From NCBI GenBank assembly GCA_000708835.1, contig DF237568.1, forward strand, positions 1 through 50,570: a DNA stretch of 50,570 nucleotides. The letters are read 5' to 3'. This document shows positions 38,001 through 49,924 of this stretch, one piece after another. Source of the stretch: Klebsormidium nitens (lineage: Eukaryota; Plantae; Klebsormidiophyceae). A program made the translations under genes and the position numbers. Position 1 is the first letter of the stretch, and each line of letters begins with the position of its first letter. The notes under the pieces were generated by a model. That model saw only the letters and a program-made list of their open reading frames with translations. It was not told the DNA's origin and did no database searches.

Positions 38001-40168
38001 AGCGCGCCCCTCATGTCCGACGCGCTCGCAATGTAGATGAAGGCGCCTTCCTCGGTTCCCGCTGCGGCCAGCCCGGCCATCAGCCGGTGGTCGTGGGCCG
38101 GAGTGAAGCCCAGAGCAAAGATCTGCACCGAACACCGACCGGCATAGTTACCAGGCAGGACGGTTCAGAGGCCGTCTTGAAAGTCAATCACCGTTTCCTT
38201 TGGGCAGCCTGCATGCGAGATCTCTCGTTCTGGTCCGAAAACTTAATTGGGAAGAGACGGATGGAAATGCTGCTCACAACCGGATGCGAGCCACGGTCAG
38301 TCTTAAGATCGTGAGGTATTTCCGTGTAGCAATCGAATTTAGGTTTTCAAGGCAAATTGGTCGTCAGCGCATGGCCAAGTCCGCAAGAATCGTGAATCGA
38401 GACGAGCTCTTGTATTCTACACACATTTAGGTCGGCTATCTCAACTACAAACCAGATGCTTTGCGAACTAAACGGTCAAACCGCCCGAACATTCTATTAG
38501 TAGGTTGCATCAGGAAAACGATGTTATGCTTCTTAAAACGCAAGGTCCGCTCGTTTTCGTCTTTATTGCAAAAGCGGTGCTCTTGCAACCGACCTGGCAC
38601 GAAGTCAAGGTTTCCTTCACGAAGCCGTTGAACTTCTCCATCCTTCGGTGGACCTCTGAGTCGCTCCCCCGGGTGTGGCATCCGTCCGTGAGCCACACGA
38701 TAAGCAGGGACTTTCCCGCGCACGCGCTCGCGCACAAACGCTCAATGTAGTCGAAGCACGCGAGAAAGTCGGTCATTCCGCCGACGTTGAGGCGGCCGAT
38801 AGGATAAGTGTCGCCCTTGGTTAGAGGGACCTCCTGAACCTGCGGACGTCAGGAGGGACACACTGAAGTCTGAGATGTGAACAGAATATTCCAACTGCCT
38901 TTTTCGGACTCCTTTCAGCGAGATTATGAAGGGTGCGAGGAGTTGAGACTTCTCGGAACAGCATTATACATGATTCACTCTGGCCGTCTCTGTCGGGTGC
39001 ACTCTTCGCTCAATTTTTACAGCGAGAGGGAGAGGGCCGTTAGAAGTCAGACCCTTTCAAAGCAGCACCGTTGCACGGTTGAGATCTGGCTGCAAGCTCT
39101 GGTCGTGGTTAAAAAGTAGGCTTTGAAAGAGGTTTAGACCTTACCTTGTCGTCATACGCGCCAAAGTGGATGCTCTCAATGCCAGCTTCCCACAGTTGCT
39201 TCAGAAGGGCTTCGCATCCGTCCTTCGCTTGCTGCAGAGATACCACGAACTTGGGCTCAGCTCCTAAGAATACGCCATAAGCGCTGTTTGTAGACTGACG
39301 GATTGGGACTTTTCCGTCAGTCAGCTTTGTTCAGACATCGAGTGATTGTCAGCACCCACAGAGGATTTGAATCCTGCACAAACGGTTTGTTCACAGAGGC
39401 AACTATACGCCACTTTCGAGCTCCACGTTGAAGCGCAAAACCAACAACGAGCTTTCAAATAGGATCCACTCAAGCGCTTCCAGATCCTTTAGTCTTAGAC
39501 GAGCAAGAGACGGTATTGGACCATGTGCGTGTAAGGATACTATTTGACTCTGCTGAACAAATTGCAAACCATGCATCTTCAGGTGAAACTTGACCAGAGC
39601 AAGCCCACCCGAAGTTTTCTTGAGACTTTTGATTTTCAATGCATATGACCTAGATCTGAGTTGAGTGAGCCCATGCAGTGCCAACCCAGGGAAGCTCGCT
39701 GCAGCGCTAGACTTCTGAGTGGATCCTCTGCAACCCTATCTTTGAAAAGATTCCGGAGTCACACTGTGTGACATCTTCAGCCCTGCCATCAGTGAGTGTG
39801 CCATTCTCATCATGAGGAGAATTAGGGGAGAATGGCAACCCAGTTGAACAAACCGTTACGATTCAAGACATGCCAGCAGATCTCAACGAGCTCGACAGTA
39901 TCTCGAGGAGTTCCTTGAAAGAAAGGAGATAGCGCGCAGCCCATGAATCTTCAGAATGATCGAAAGATGAACCGATAAAACTCACCTCAAATGCCGAGCC
40001 TGACATCGAGCCGCTCTTGTCAAGCAGCACGATAGCATGCCGCTCCGCTCCCACCTTGCCATACGCTGTCTTCGAATCCCCAATTGCCACTTGGATGTCC
40101 AGTAACTTTTGTCCAAGCGAGCCCCAGTCGGTGGCGGCCAGCTTGGTTACACTTACGGCAGGAGCCAT
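32098..40168 (-). CDS. VWA (MIDAS) domain protein with a large uncharacterised C-terminal region; 13 exons, ~975 aa
   Basis: Exons 40168-39986, 39231-39145, 38839-38594, 38122-37944, 37569-37278, 36901-36617, 36132-35944, 35440-35297, 34867-34610, 34273-34075, 33860-33589, 33175-32956, 32471-32098 join in frame (2928 nt). MIDAS motifs LLDKSGSMSG, GGMTDF, VWLTDG, followed by IFALGF. Confidence 0.82.
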
Positions 40169-40587
40169 CGCGCCGGTGGCGTGCCTACACTCTTTGAGTG
40201 TTGTACCTAAAAGCTGTGATCAAAAGTAAAGAAGAGACTTGGAATTCTTGAATGTGCGCTTGACAGTTGCAAAACGGTGTTTGTTTAGGACTAGCAGCGG
40301 ACCAGTTGACTTCGGAGTCCTCTCCAGGATCTGGACTGAAGGCCAGGATGAAAAGGAGCTGGTGACGTTGTAGTGACCCATTTCGGCCTCATCTTTGCCG
40401 GAAGAACGGAGAGGGCACTCTACACTGCTTTTAAGATTAGCTGTTAGCTACAGCTGAGTCACATTTAGAGGGAGCCCCCTATCGAATGACGAACGGTGAC
40501 GTTCTGCAGTGCAATGCACTGCCGGTGCGGCATGATCTCTTTGGATTACCGTATGCGGTCGGCTGGTCGGCGGCCGCGCGGAGAGCC

Positions 40588-40595
40588 TATTTATA
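40588..40595 (-). promoter_or_regulatory. TATA box (TATAAATA on the minus strand), probably for the VWA gene
   Basis: Canonical TATAAATA within a GC-rich patch, ~420 bp upstream of the VWA ATG and oriented toward it. Confidence 0.5.
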
Positions 40596-41095
40596 AGCGA
40601 GCGCCCCCGGCCGCGGAGCGATGGACCTCACTATCGGACGGTTGTCAGAGGTCGATAGATATTCAGATGGATCGAGCGACTGCCAAGTGGCACTTTCTGA
40701 GCCTGTTTGAGATCCACTTGGCGCGGTTGACACAGCCGGCCTGTGAATGGGGCATGACCTCTCTGCGCTGGTGTTGCATGCACCCCTTTGCACGGCTTGC
40801 CTCTGACCAAAAGCATGTGCCTTGCTCCTCCAACAGCTCAAGTTCTCCCTCTTCCCTTCTCATTCAGAGGCGCCATTCCCAGAGGAAGCTGACATAGAGC
40901 GCCATTGTAGCAAGGTAAAGGATAAGAAAGCTCTCTGGCTGAAGTCACTATTTGAGGAACACCACCATCGAGTTCTAGTGCTCCTTGTGAGGGAATTGCC
41001 AAAGGTTGCAACTTTGCAGATTTCACCTCGCGCTAGTGCTGCCAGGTACTCCGGTGTTGAAGAAGTTCTGATTACAGTCTTGAGACTTTGCAACG

Positions 41096-42830
41096 ATGTC
41101 GGGAGCTTCACTTGCTGCTGGGGACACCATTGAAGATGAGAAGTATGGAAACATCAGGGCTGACGAGAAGCCGGCAAAGGAGGGCACTTTCATGGACATG
41201 CTGGTCAAGCCTTTGAGAACCCCACTGACTCTCATTCACACGCAGCTCATCTGCTTCTCGGCTGTGCTGGTAGCAAGCGGGGCCGTGCCAATTCCCACTC
41301 TTCTGTTTCCGCTGCTTGCGACTCTCTACATAGTCCTCATGGCAGTGCTGATTTTCACGCCTGTCGATTCAAAGAGACCCCCGGCCAAGCTGTTTGATGG
41401 AGACAAGCGGTTTGAGATATACACCGTCTTCGAGACAATCATAGCGCTGATCCTTCCTGTTGGTAAGTGGCTTGGACTTAAGTTGCTCATTCATAGATGA
41501 TGGTTACAAAGGAACTGAGCCATGAGCTGTGCTTGTCTTGCTAGGTTGACATGATCTTTTGTAAGTTGGTTACATGCGTAGGGCTGCTTTCGCTTGCGAA
41601 ATCAGTCGGCTGCTCCAAGATTTTGTGATGTTTTAGGTGCTGGCATAGGTTGCCATGCATGTTAGCAAATCTTGAGGACCATAGAGCATTTGCGCGTACA
41701 CTTGAATAATAGTTTTGACTTTTGCAAATGAGTCACTCTGTGGTGATCGTAGGAAAGCTCATTTGAACGCGGTAATTGCAGGGTACATTCTGGGTGCATT
41801 TGTTAGAGGAGATTCGAAAGCTGTCGCTGCTGCTGCCCCTCACATGTACCTGCTCAGCAGCCAGATCTTGGTAAGGCTCACCCTAGTGTGAAGCATGGAC
41901 ACCTTGTTCAAACAATTCCCAAAGTGATAATAACTGGAGCTTGGGAGTGGTCCACACTGTCGTTTGAAGCGCTCTGACATACGGGCTTTGTTTGAGGCGC
42001 ATTGACCAGATTCAGGAGTATGTTCTTGAGCTCTGTGAGACAAAATGCACCAATAATCTTGATAATCTTTCAGTTTGTGGTAGTGGCTCTTATTTGCCTG
42101 GGCAGAGCGCTGGGTACACTTGCAAGTCCATTCTGGTGATCTGCAATTCCTCTGTTCTCTGGCATGAAGACCTGCTCAATGTGTCTAAGTGTCGGCCTAT
42201 GCAACATGTTTCATAATGTTGGTTTGCTCGATCATATTGGATTCTTGCGAAATCTGCTACTTGCAAAGATTGCCCGAAGCAATGACCAATTGAGACGATA
42301 AAGAGCAGCGTACCTGTTCAAAGTAGCGAGCGCATTTGTTGACTACCCGTCTGCTCTTTCTGATCCACTTCCTGTTATTGCTGCAGACTGAGAACTTGGC
42401 CAAAGCCATGGGCTCTCACATCTCCCTGCCGATCCGCGCGCTCGTCCCTGTCCTCTACAACTCCGCCCGGCTGCCCTCTCTCATGAACTGGGCCAGGGAG
42501 GCATTCCGTCGGGTGCCTGTGGCCATTGGAACCGACCACCTTCATAAGATGGAGAAACTGGCAAAGATGACCGTCCTGGGGGGCCGGTTGAGAGACGCTG
42601 GCTGGGCCTGGTTTGGCAGGGGATTGGCTGCGCTAAACCTGGTGTTCTGGACCGCAAACCTGTTCTTCTTCCTGGTGCCCCTATTTGTCCCCCGGGCTAT
42701 GAAGGCGCACTTCTTGGCGGAGAGTGAGGCGGGCGCCAAGCCAAGCGTGGTCCTGCCGAAGCAGTTGCACGAACAGGAGAAAGCGCAAGAGCGGATGATG
42801 TCTCCAGAGGACAAGGCGAAGGCGGCATAA
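41096..42830 (+). CDS. Plant multi-pass membrane protein of unknown function (At5g52420-like), paralog 2; 3 exons, ~299 aa
   Basis: Exons 41096-41462, 41782-41870, 42387-42830 are phase-compatible. Motifs QLICFSAVLVASG, YILGAFVRGD...AAAPHMYLLSSQILTE, SLPIRALVPVLYNSARL, GRGLAALNLVFWTANLF are collinear with the gene at 9688-11861. Confidence 0.87.
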
Positions 42831-44488
42831 GGAATGATAAGACAGAAATTGAGCTTCTGATGAAGATGTCGAGGCATAGAGCTTGCCAGTGCAGCTGAAT
42901 GATAAATATTTTGGTTGCAATGGGTGTAGTCAATCCTGTACTATACAACTAGGACGGTCATGCACTTTGAAGCGTGCTTAGAAGGTTTCTTGGCTGCGAG
43001 ATCAAGGAATATGCATCGGTCGATCTCTGCTGAATCTTGTTGCAATCGCTCGATGTTAATGTTAGGCTTACTTTGTTGGGTCGGAACCATGATTGATAAT
43101 CATTAAGCACGGAGTTTTTATCATGTATGCAGCCGAAGTGTTGAGATGGAAATTGTTATGATGGACTGGAAGCATTCAGCGCACAGTAACACGTGCTTTC
43201 ATGGTCTAGCTAGCTGTAGTGACCATGCATCCTTGACGTAGAAGTTTCCTTGCAACCACTGAAACGGATGCATGCACGCTTTGGAGTTTGAGCCAACCGC
43301 AATCATGGTTGAAGCATCGACCGGCTTTTAAACCCACCATTGCTAAAATAAGCTACTGTATAGAAGAACCGCCTACAGTATACAGATGGTTAAAGACGAG
43401 CTAGAATCATATTGCACATACCTACATATCACTTCCAACTTGTATATGGCCGTACGCTATCAGTTATCAGATAAGTATAGTCAGTCACATGAGCTCCCTA
43501 TTTCATGATGTAGTATAGCATGTAACTTTGATCCGAGCTAGCTATAGTTCGGCTATTGAAACATAGTAGACAATAAACCATGATTCGAAATCATTCAGAT
43601 TCATCATGAACTTTGAGTCACCCGGGCACGTCACTCTGTCATAGCGGCAGCCGCGCCATGAGAGCTATACCTGGCGAAGACCCCCCCGCCCTTGCATGCG
43701 CGGCGGCGGCCCATGCCTATAGACTGACATGTTGAGAAGATGACGCAAGCAATCCCCATCCAGATTCCTTCATTTTTCGGGAACGATTGCTAAGTGCACT
43801 GCATGCATGGGCAAATTTGTCATTGATATGCTGGCACTTGCCGAGCCGGTGAAAGATATCATAACGATAAGGTCCAACCGGCCATGCCCACCCGTCTCTG
43901 GGCCGGGGTTTGTCCCACGCCCGTCATGTGTGGAAATAAAGTACAGTCTAAGGGATGAGTCCGTCATCCTATATGCACTTCGAGGCCGGGCCCATGGTCA
44001 TTGATCATGAAGAGCTGGTTAAGTCAACATTCAATGGGCTCAAAGATCCACATGCATCCGTATTTTGGTATAGAAAGTGTAAAGATGATCTGCCTGCCGT
44101 TCGATCACTGCAATTGTACAGTGCATGCAAAACGTTGCGGTCTTGAAAGATGAATCTAGCTCGGTGGCCGGCTAATTGAACGTAAGGCTCAATCGTCTGG
44201 GGTATCATAACCGGGACACTGGCTCGTTTAACTTGCGCAAGTGGTGCGTGCCATCGCCTCATAAACTCAACTCTTCGTGTTGGATGTTTTGGCCCGATAA
44301 ATTATATCTCCTCGTCGCTGCTTCATACTCCTACCAAAGGTCTTTCTGCTTAGACAGCGCGTGTTCCGACAATAGTCTAATTCTCCAACGACTTAAGATA
44401 CTGGCGTGCATTCCAACATGTAGCAGTGGCAGCGACCTGTTTCTACTCCCTTTACAGCACGACCCATTGGCTGTAAGGGGACCACGAC

Positions 44489-47086
44489 CTACAATGTGAT
44501 CTTGTAAGTGCAAGAATTATCCACGAGAGTTACATTCCTGAAGTTCGGAGAGTCGGGGTTTACAGTGATGTTGCAGGAGATCCTTGCCTGCAAATTAACG
44601 AGTTGCCAATTAGCAAAAGAGTTCCATGATGGGCAGATAATCCACACCAAATGACTGCTACAAACCGCCGCCAGCTGCTGCAGCTTCAGCCGAATCTCCG
44701 CCTAGGTTTCGTCCGGAAGTTATGCACTTGCACCAGAACGCTTGCCTGACCAAAATCCAATCAAAACTATTGCATCGTTTGCCAGAGGCAGGACCAGACA
44801 AACCTCATTTGCCTTCTGCCTTCAGAGAAGGGGCCAAAGCAAATGCATTCCACCACTCTGGGCAAACACTACAAAGCATCTTCAGTGGCATTCCTCGTCA
44901 CTTCTGCATACCTTTTCCAAGTCGTGCCATGCTCAGGCCCTGCACAACTTCACTCACTCGTTTCCAGCAGAGTCCACCATCTCCAAAAACGTGAATAAAA
45001 CTCGAGAACGAGGATGGCGATTGGGCGAACTGGAAAGTAAGAACTAACCTGGAACTCGTGCCCAAAGGTCCCCAGAACGCTAAACCTGCCCGGAACGAAG
45101 GTGTTGACAGTCAGCGGCACCCTGTTGCGGCTCAGGTCCGAAGACAAGTCCCTTAGTTTCGAGATGACGTTGAAGTCCCGACCGATCGCCGACAGCGCAA
45201 TATCCCGGTTGCTTCGGGCGGGTATGTGTCCTTCCTTTACCGGAACCGTTGCGAGCGTCGTATTCCGGTACAAGATATATGCACTGGTGTTGTAGTACGT
45301 TAGGGCGAAGTAGTTCGGGTTGTCCAAACTCAGCGTTCCACTCACGTTGAAAGTGAGCGTGGCTTTTGGGGGTAGGGGAGTGATATTTGGCCTCAGTTGG
45401 TGCACTTTGAGATTGTTAAACTTGACACCCGGCTCCTTGGGCCGGAACAAAAGGTACCCTATCAGCGCCAAAATTCCTAAGAGGAGAACGAATATGAGGC
45501 AGCATGCGCCCCCACATAACAAGGCACGCCGGTGGTGCTGCACGCAACCCCGGCTCTTCTTTTCGGGGACCCCCCTTTCATCCTCGATCCCGTCAAAGGT
45601 GCCCAGCCCCCCCTTGGAGTCGTCCACCGAATCCTCTCGGTTATGTTTGAACCCGTTTTCTAGTGCTGTGCCCGCACGACCGTTCTCGTCCTTCTCTTGA
45701 TCTTCTCCTGTAGCTGTGTCCGGGTCCGCATTCTCCTCCCGCTCGTCTCGATCTTCCTCGCCCCCGAAACGTGATGCATCCACCTCTAGCTTCTCAAGCC
45801 GCTTGCCCACTTCGAGGTCGTCTGTCGGGCTGTCAAGGTCGCCTGCAGAATGAACAAGCGGAACGCTCAATATGTGCAAACAAGTTGTGGCCTCGGTGGA
45901 ACCCACAAAAAGGCAATTATACTGAATGTGAACGAGTCAATTGAGTAAGCGACTCAATCTGGTGGAGAAAGAGAAAGGAGCTCATCAGAAGCAAGATGCT
46001 CACATGGCGCTTCTTCAACCGGTGGGTTACTGTTTTGTCAAGTCATGGTCACATTAAAACAAATCTAGGTTGGAACCATGGATGTAGCAGCACAAACACC
46101 CCATAGACACAGTCTTGTTGTCCTTCGATTCATTTCTAGCATAACCAGATTACAATCAGAAGCAGCCAAAGCAAGTCTTTCAAAGTTGTTGTGGAGCTTG
46201 CATCAGTAATTGAGGTGGCTTCTCCATTGCGCAAACACAGGACAGACGATTGAGGAGTGAATTGATCAATCATTTTGGCAAATGACGAAAGTACTGCTTT
46301 TCAGAGCGGGTCCGCCTGGTCAAATACCAAAAGAAGTTTTGTCAGAACCATCACTCCTTGTTGTATACTGTTCCAAGTCCTTGGATACTGTAGCAGTCAG
46401 AGCCTTTAATCCAGGGCTCAAAATACCCTCTGACGCCATCTACTTCTGCTTGCGGCACACTAAGATAAGCCAGGACTGTGTAGACAATCGGCAACACCAA
46501 GGGAAGAGGTGGAACAACTTCCCTTTAAGAAGCCCGGAAACCTTTTTCTAACTTTTTCTGGGACACATTTCCACAGCCCAGAGTTGCCCGTCGTTCCTTT
46601 CTCTTAAAGACACAATGAACCTGGCATGTTCCACCTCTCTACTAAAATCGAAGGAAAGTACAAATCTACAAAAGCAGGGACACCAAAGTGTTTAAAATAA
46701 GCTTTGGCCAGCACGGGTCACACCCGTCAAGATCCCAACAAGCTTTGCCGAGCTTTGCTCTGCAGAGTGCCATGAAAATCTGGAAATGACAACATCATCC
46801 CAGATTGGTGGTACAGGAATGTGTTGGAAAATGAGGGTGTGCGCAATGCGGGCTCTAAAAACTCACCAGGAAGAGACGACTCTTCCATCTTGCGGCTGGA
46901 CTTTCCCAGCGCCATGTACCCCATTGTGTTGTTGAAAGACGGCCTGGCCTTCAGAGGCGGGGGCTTCTTCTTAGTAGGCTGTCTTATCGGTGGGCCTTTT
47001 CTAGTTGTCTGCTCTGAGGTAGACGTGTGCTCACCAAGACGTCTGACTGATTCACTGGCGTCGAACCCCTCTTTGACTTCCCACAT
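44489..47086 (-). CDS. LEA_2 / NDR1-HIN1-like single-pass membrane protein; 3 exons
   Basis: Exons 47086(start uncertain)-46867, 45842-45049, 44587-44489. A Cys-rich juxtamembrane segment and TM helix (GACCLIFVLLLGILALIGYLLFRPKEP) precede NPNYFALTY and GHIPARS, and the C-terminus carries the typical Cys pair (ISCNITV...NSCTYKITL*). Confidence 0.85.
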
Positions 47087-47707
47087 TTGCCTCCCAAAGC
47101 AGCGAATAGCTGTGCTCTTGCTCCGCTACAAACATTGCAAGCAGCTTCCGGTGAAGAGGATCTTCCAGAATTCTTCAGAGGACGCCTCTCCTCCCATTTT
47201 GGCTCCTCTAGCTACCTCAAATTGAAAGCGAGGATGGTCATCGTGCGCTGATGTACGGTACCCTTCAATAGCGTCATCCGAACTTGAAGTTGAAGTCTGA
47301 GCTCTTGAAGCAGCCTCAGGGCGGTCCCCCTGCGCAACTTGCTCCTACAATGTGGGACTGAGAAGACCATGTAATTCGACCGTCGATGGAAGCTCTGGCG
47401 ATGACAACCCTCCGATCCGCATAAAGCATGCTGCACACAAGGACTACAGAACTACACACCGTCGAACAACTCTGCAACATTCGCCATCGTCGATTACAAT
47501 AAAGTTGCTTCAAGTTACGCGTCAGCAAATGGCGCCCAATTTGTGAGCTGCTCTCCCACAGTCTCAGACTGCAAACTTGCAACTTGACGAAAGCGGCCTA
47601 TCACTTTTGAAAGCGCTTTAGCTTTTACAGGCTTTAGGGGAGTTGTGTAGCTAGGTGGCAGCCCTTTCCACTTTTCAAGAGAGAAACTACCTTATAAGTC
47701 AGGCAAT

Positions 47708-49924
47708 ATGGCGACGAGTACATGTCTCAGGAGCACGGTCGGCACGGGCCTCTGTAGCGCTTCTGTTTTCGCTTCTGAAAAAACCTTGACTACCAACACA
47801 TGTACAAACAGATCAGCGGTGTGCAATTTTATTGGGCTTGAACAACGTGGGAAGGCAGTTGCGGGATTGTTTCTTGCAAGGAAAGGCTTCCAAAGCTTGG
47901 GAGTGTGCAGAACGAACGGACACTCAAGGAGGGGTTTGAGAGTCCAATCTATGTCCGAGGATAGTCCTCTCCCCTCTCAGATGAATGTGGAGGACGCTCT
48001 CAAGTTGTTTGGAGTGGCAGAAAACGCGTCCTTTGATGAGATCATCAAGGTCAGAAGGGACCTTGTTGCGCGCTTTGAAGGCGACATGGAGAAGCTGGCG
48101 GAGGTAAGGGAAAAAGAAACTCTCACTCGATTGTTCGTCTATAATCGTCTGAGCTGCAAAGTGAGGCCAGTAACCTGCCCTTGATTGGATGGATATACGG
48201 ACAGTAGAGTCTGCTTCACGTCCTCATAAAGATTGCTCATGGTCACAGCGTGAGAATTGCAAACAAGGGCTTTCCTGATGATCATGAAGTGCTCATTTGC
48301 GATGCTGCGTGGGACATGCTTTCTTATGCTATCCAGTTTTAAGAAAGTGTGACTGAAGGGACGGTTTTATGATATTTCCGGAACAAGACCGCTGTGATGG
48401 TGTCCAATTGCACAGACTATTTTCAAGTTGCAAGAAGTTTGCACATCGAAGTTCGAATATCCTGCCCGGCTTCACCTTCGATCTTGATTTGTAATGTTTG
48501 CTTGTGATAGCTGCAGGACCAAACTTGACATCGATGAAATACAGAAACATTCAGACGAGCTGCTTGCTTGTTACAGCTCTTCGGTGTACCTCACATGGGG
48601 CACCTACCCAGATCTTGTAAACACGGATGATGAAGCAGGACTTTGTGGTCGGCAATTGAAAGTGGCGACTCAGTTGGGGGTCTGGAGGAAAGGTTCAGCG
48701 TGTTTCTAGAAGTTGCTTAGTAGATAGGATGGAACGTAGGGCTCTTCGGATCTGCGTGTCTAATTTTCTGCTGGATTCTGCTCTGTATAGGGAGTGTGCT
48801 GGAAAGAAGAGCGCAGATTCTATTCTGCATAGCAATTGACGAGCCCTGCAAGATCGAAAATGGATGCAAAGAAACAACTGGAGTGTACGACATCATGGCT
48901 TTCCCTCGACAGCTCTCCCTAACCACGGGCAATTGCCTGTTCAAACAGGTTGATGAGGCGTATGACATCCTCCTCATGAAGAGCTTCTCAAGGAGGAAGG
49001 CGGGCCAAGTGAGCGAGGAGGGCATCCGTTTTGCTGACGTCAGGAAGGCCCGCCCCGCTAACCTCACCCCAGCGTGGCTGAAGTCAGCCCTATCCAAGGT
49101 CGCCGTCTCAGTTGAAACGCCCGACAGCAAAACCCTGGCAACTGAAGCTGCAGTGTTTGGGGTTCTGGCTGCGTGGACTTTTGCGGGGGGGCTTGCGCAG
49201 GGGGGAGATCTGACCCCCGTTTCGTCGGGTGGGGACGTACCAGGGCTGCAGCTGGCGCTCGCTTTGGGGGCAGCGTTTTACTTCCTGCAGAAGGAGAGGG
49301 TCAAAGCTGGTGAGGATCTGCTGTTGTTGTTTTGTTGATTTGTTGATTCACATTGTTATCTTGATACTATGATACATGACATTGTGTGTTCATGCGAGGA
49401 GAGCTGTTGACTCCGTCAAGCCCTTTTCCCTCCGCCCCATCATATCGGAGGGGCCGAAATAGTTGGTACATAAAAACCTTGGCAGCTGCTATGAGTATTG
49501 TGCTCTTCCTTGAAATACTATCTGGATTGGCTCTTCCAAAGTGAATAAAGTGTTTTCCTCTGGGCTCCCTAGTTTGCTGGTATTTCGTGTTCTCATCCCG
49601 CTTGTATTTTCGAAGCAGGAGACTGGGCTATTTTTCCCAAATTATATAATAGAGCTTGCTTGCAGGTAGACCCTTATAGACGGTGTTCCGCAGCAGATAA
49701 CTCAAAAGGGGCCGCACAATAACACCCATATGTCTTCCATTTGTGCAGTCAAGGCGGGGTTGATCACTGTTGGGGGCATGGCGACTGGATCCATTGTGGG
49801 CGGTCTTATTGAGGCATGGCTCCGGGTGGACATCGTACCCGTTTTGGGCATCGACTCGCCCGCAGTGGTCGTCAGCGAGTTCGTACTTGTGGCCCTGTTT
49901 CTTACAACAGCATATGTGCGGTGA
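47708..49924 (+). CDS. CPP1/CDF1-family (DUF3353) plastid membrane protein with a J-like domain; 3 exons, ~310 aa
   Basis: Exons 47708-48103, 48949-49309, 49749-49924. Transit-peptide-like N-terminus; MNVEDALKLFGVAENASFDEI, VDEAYDILLMKSF.RRKAG.V...IRFADV, DVPGLQLA, WLRVDIVPVLGIDSPAVVVSEF. By recall it is closer to the At2g20920-type paralog than to CPP1 itself. Confidence 0.88.

Noticed and set aside
43665-43680. U1 snRNA-like ATACCTGG
   Set aside because: It lacks the full ATACTTACCTGG 5' end and the downstream U1 stems and Sm site.
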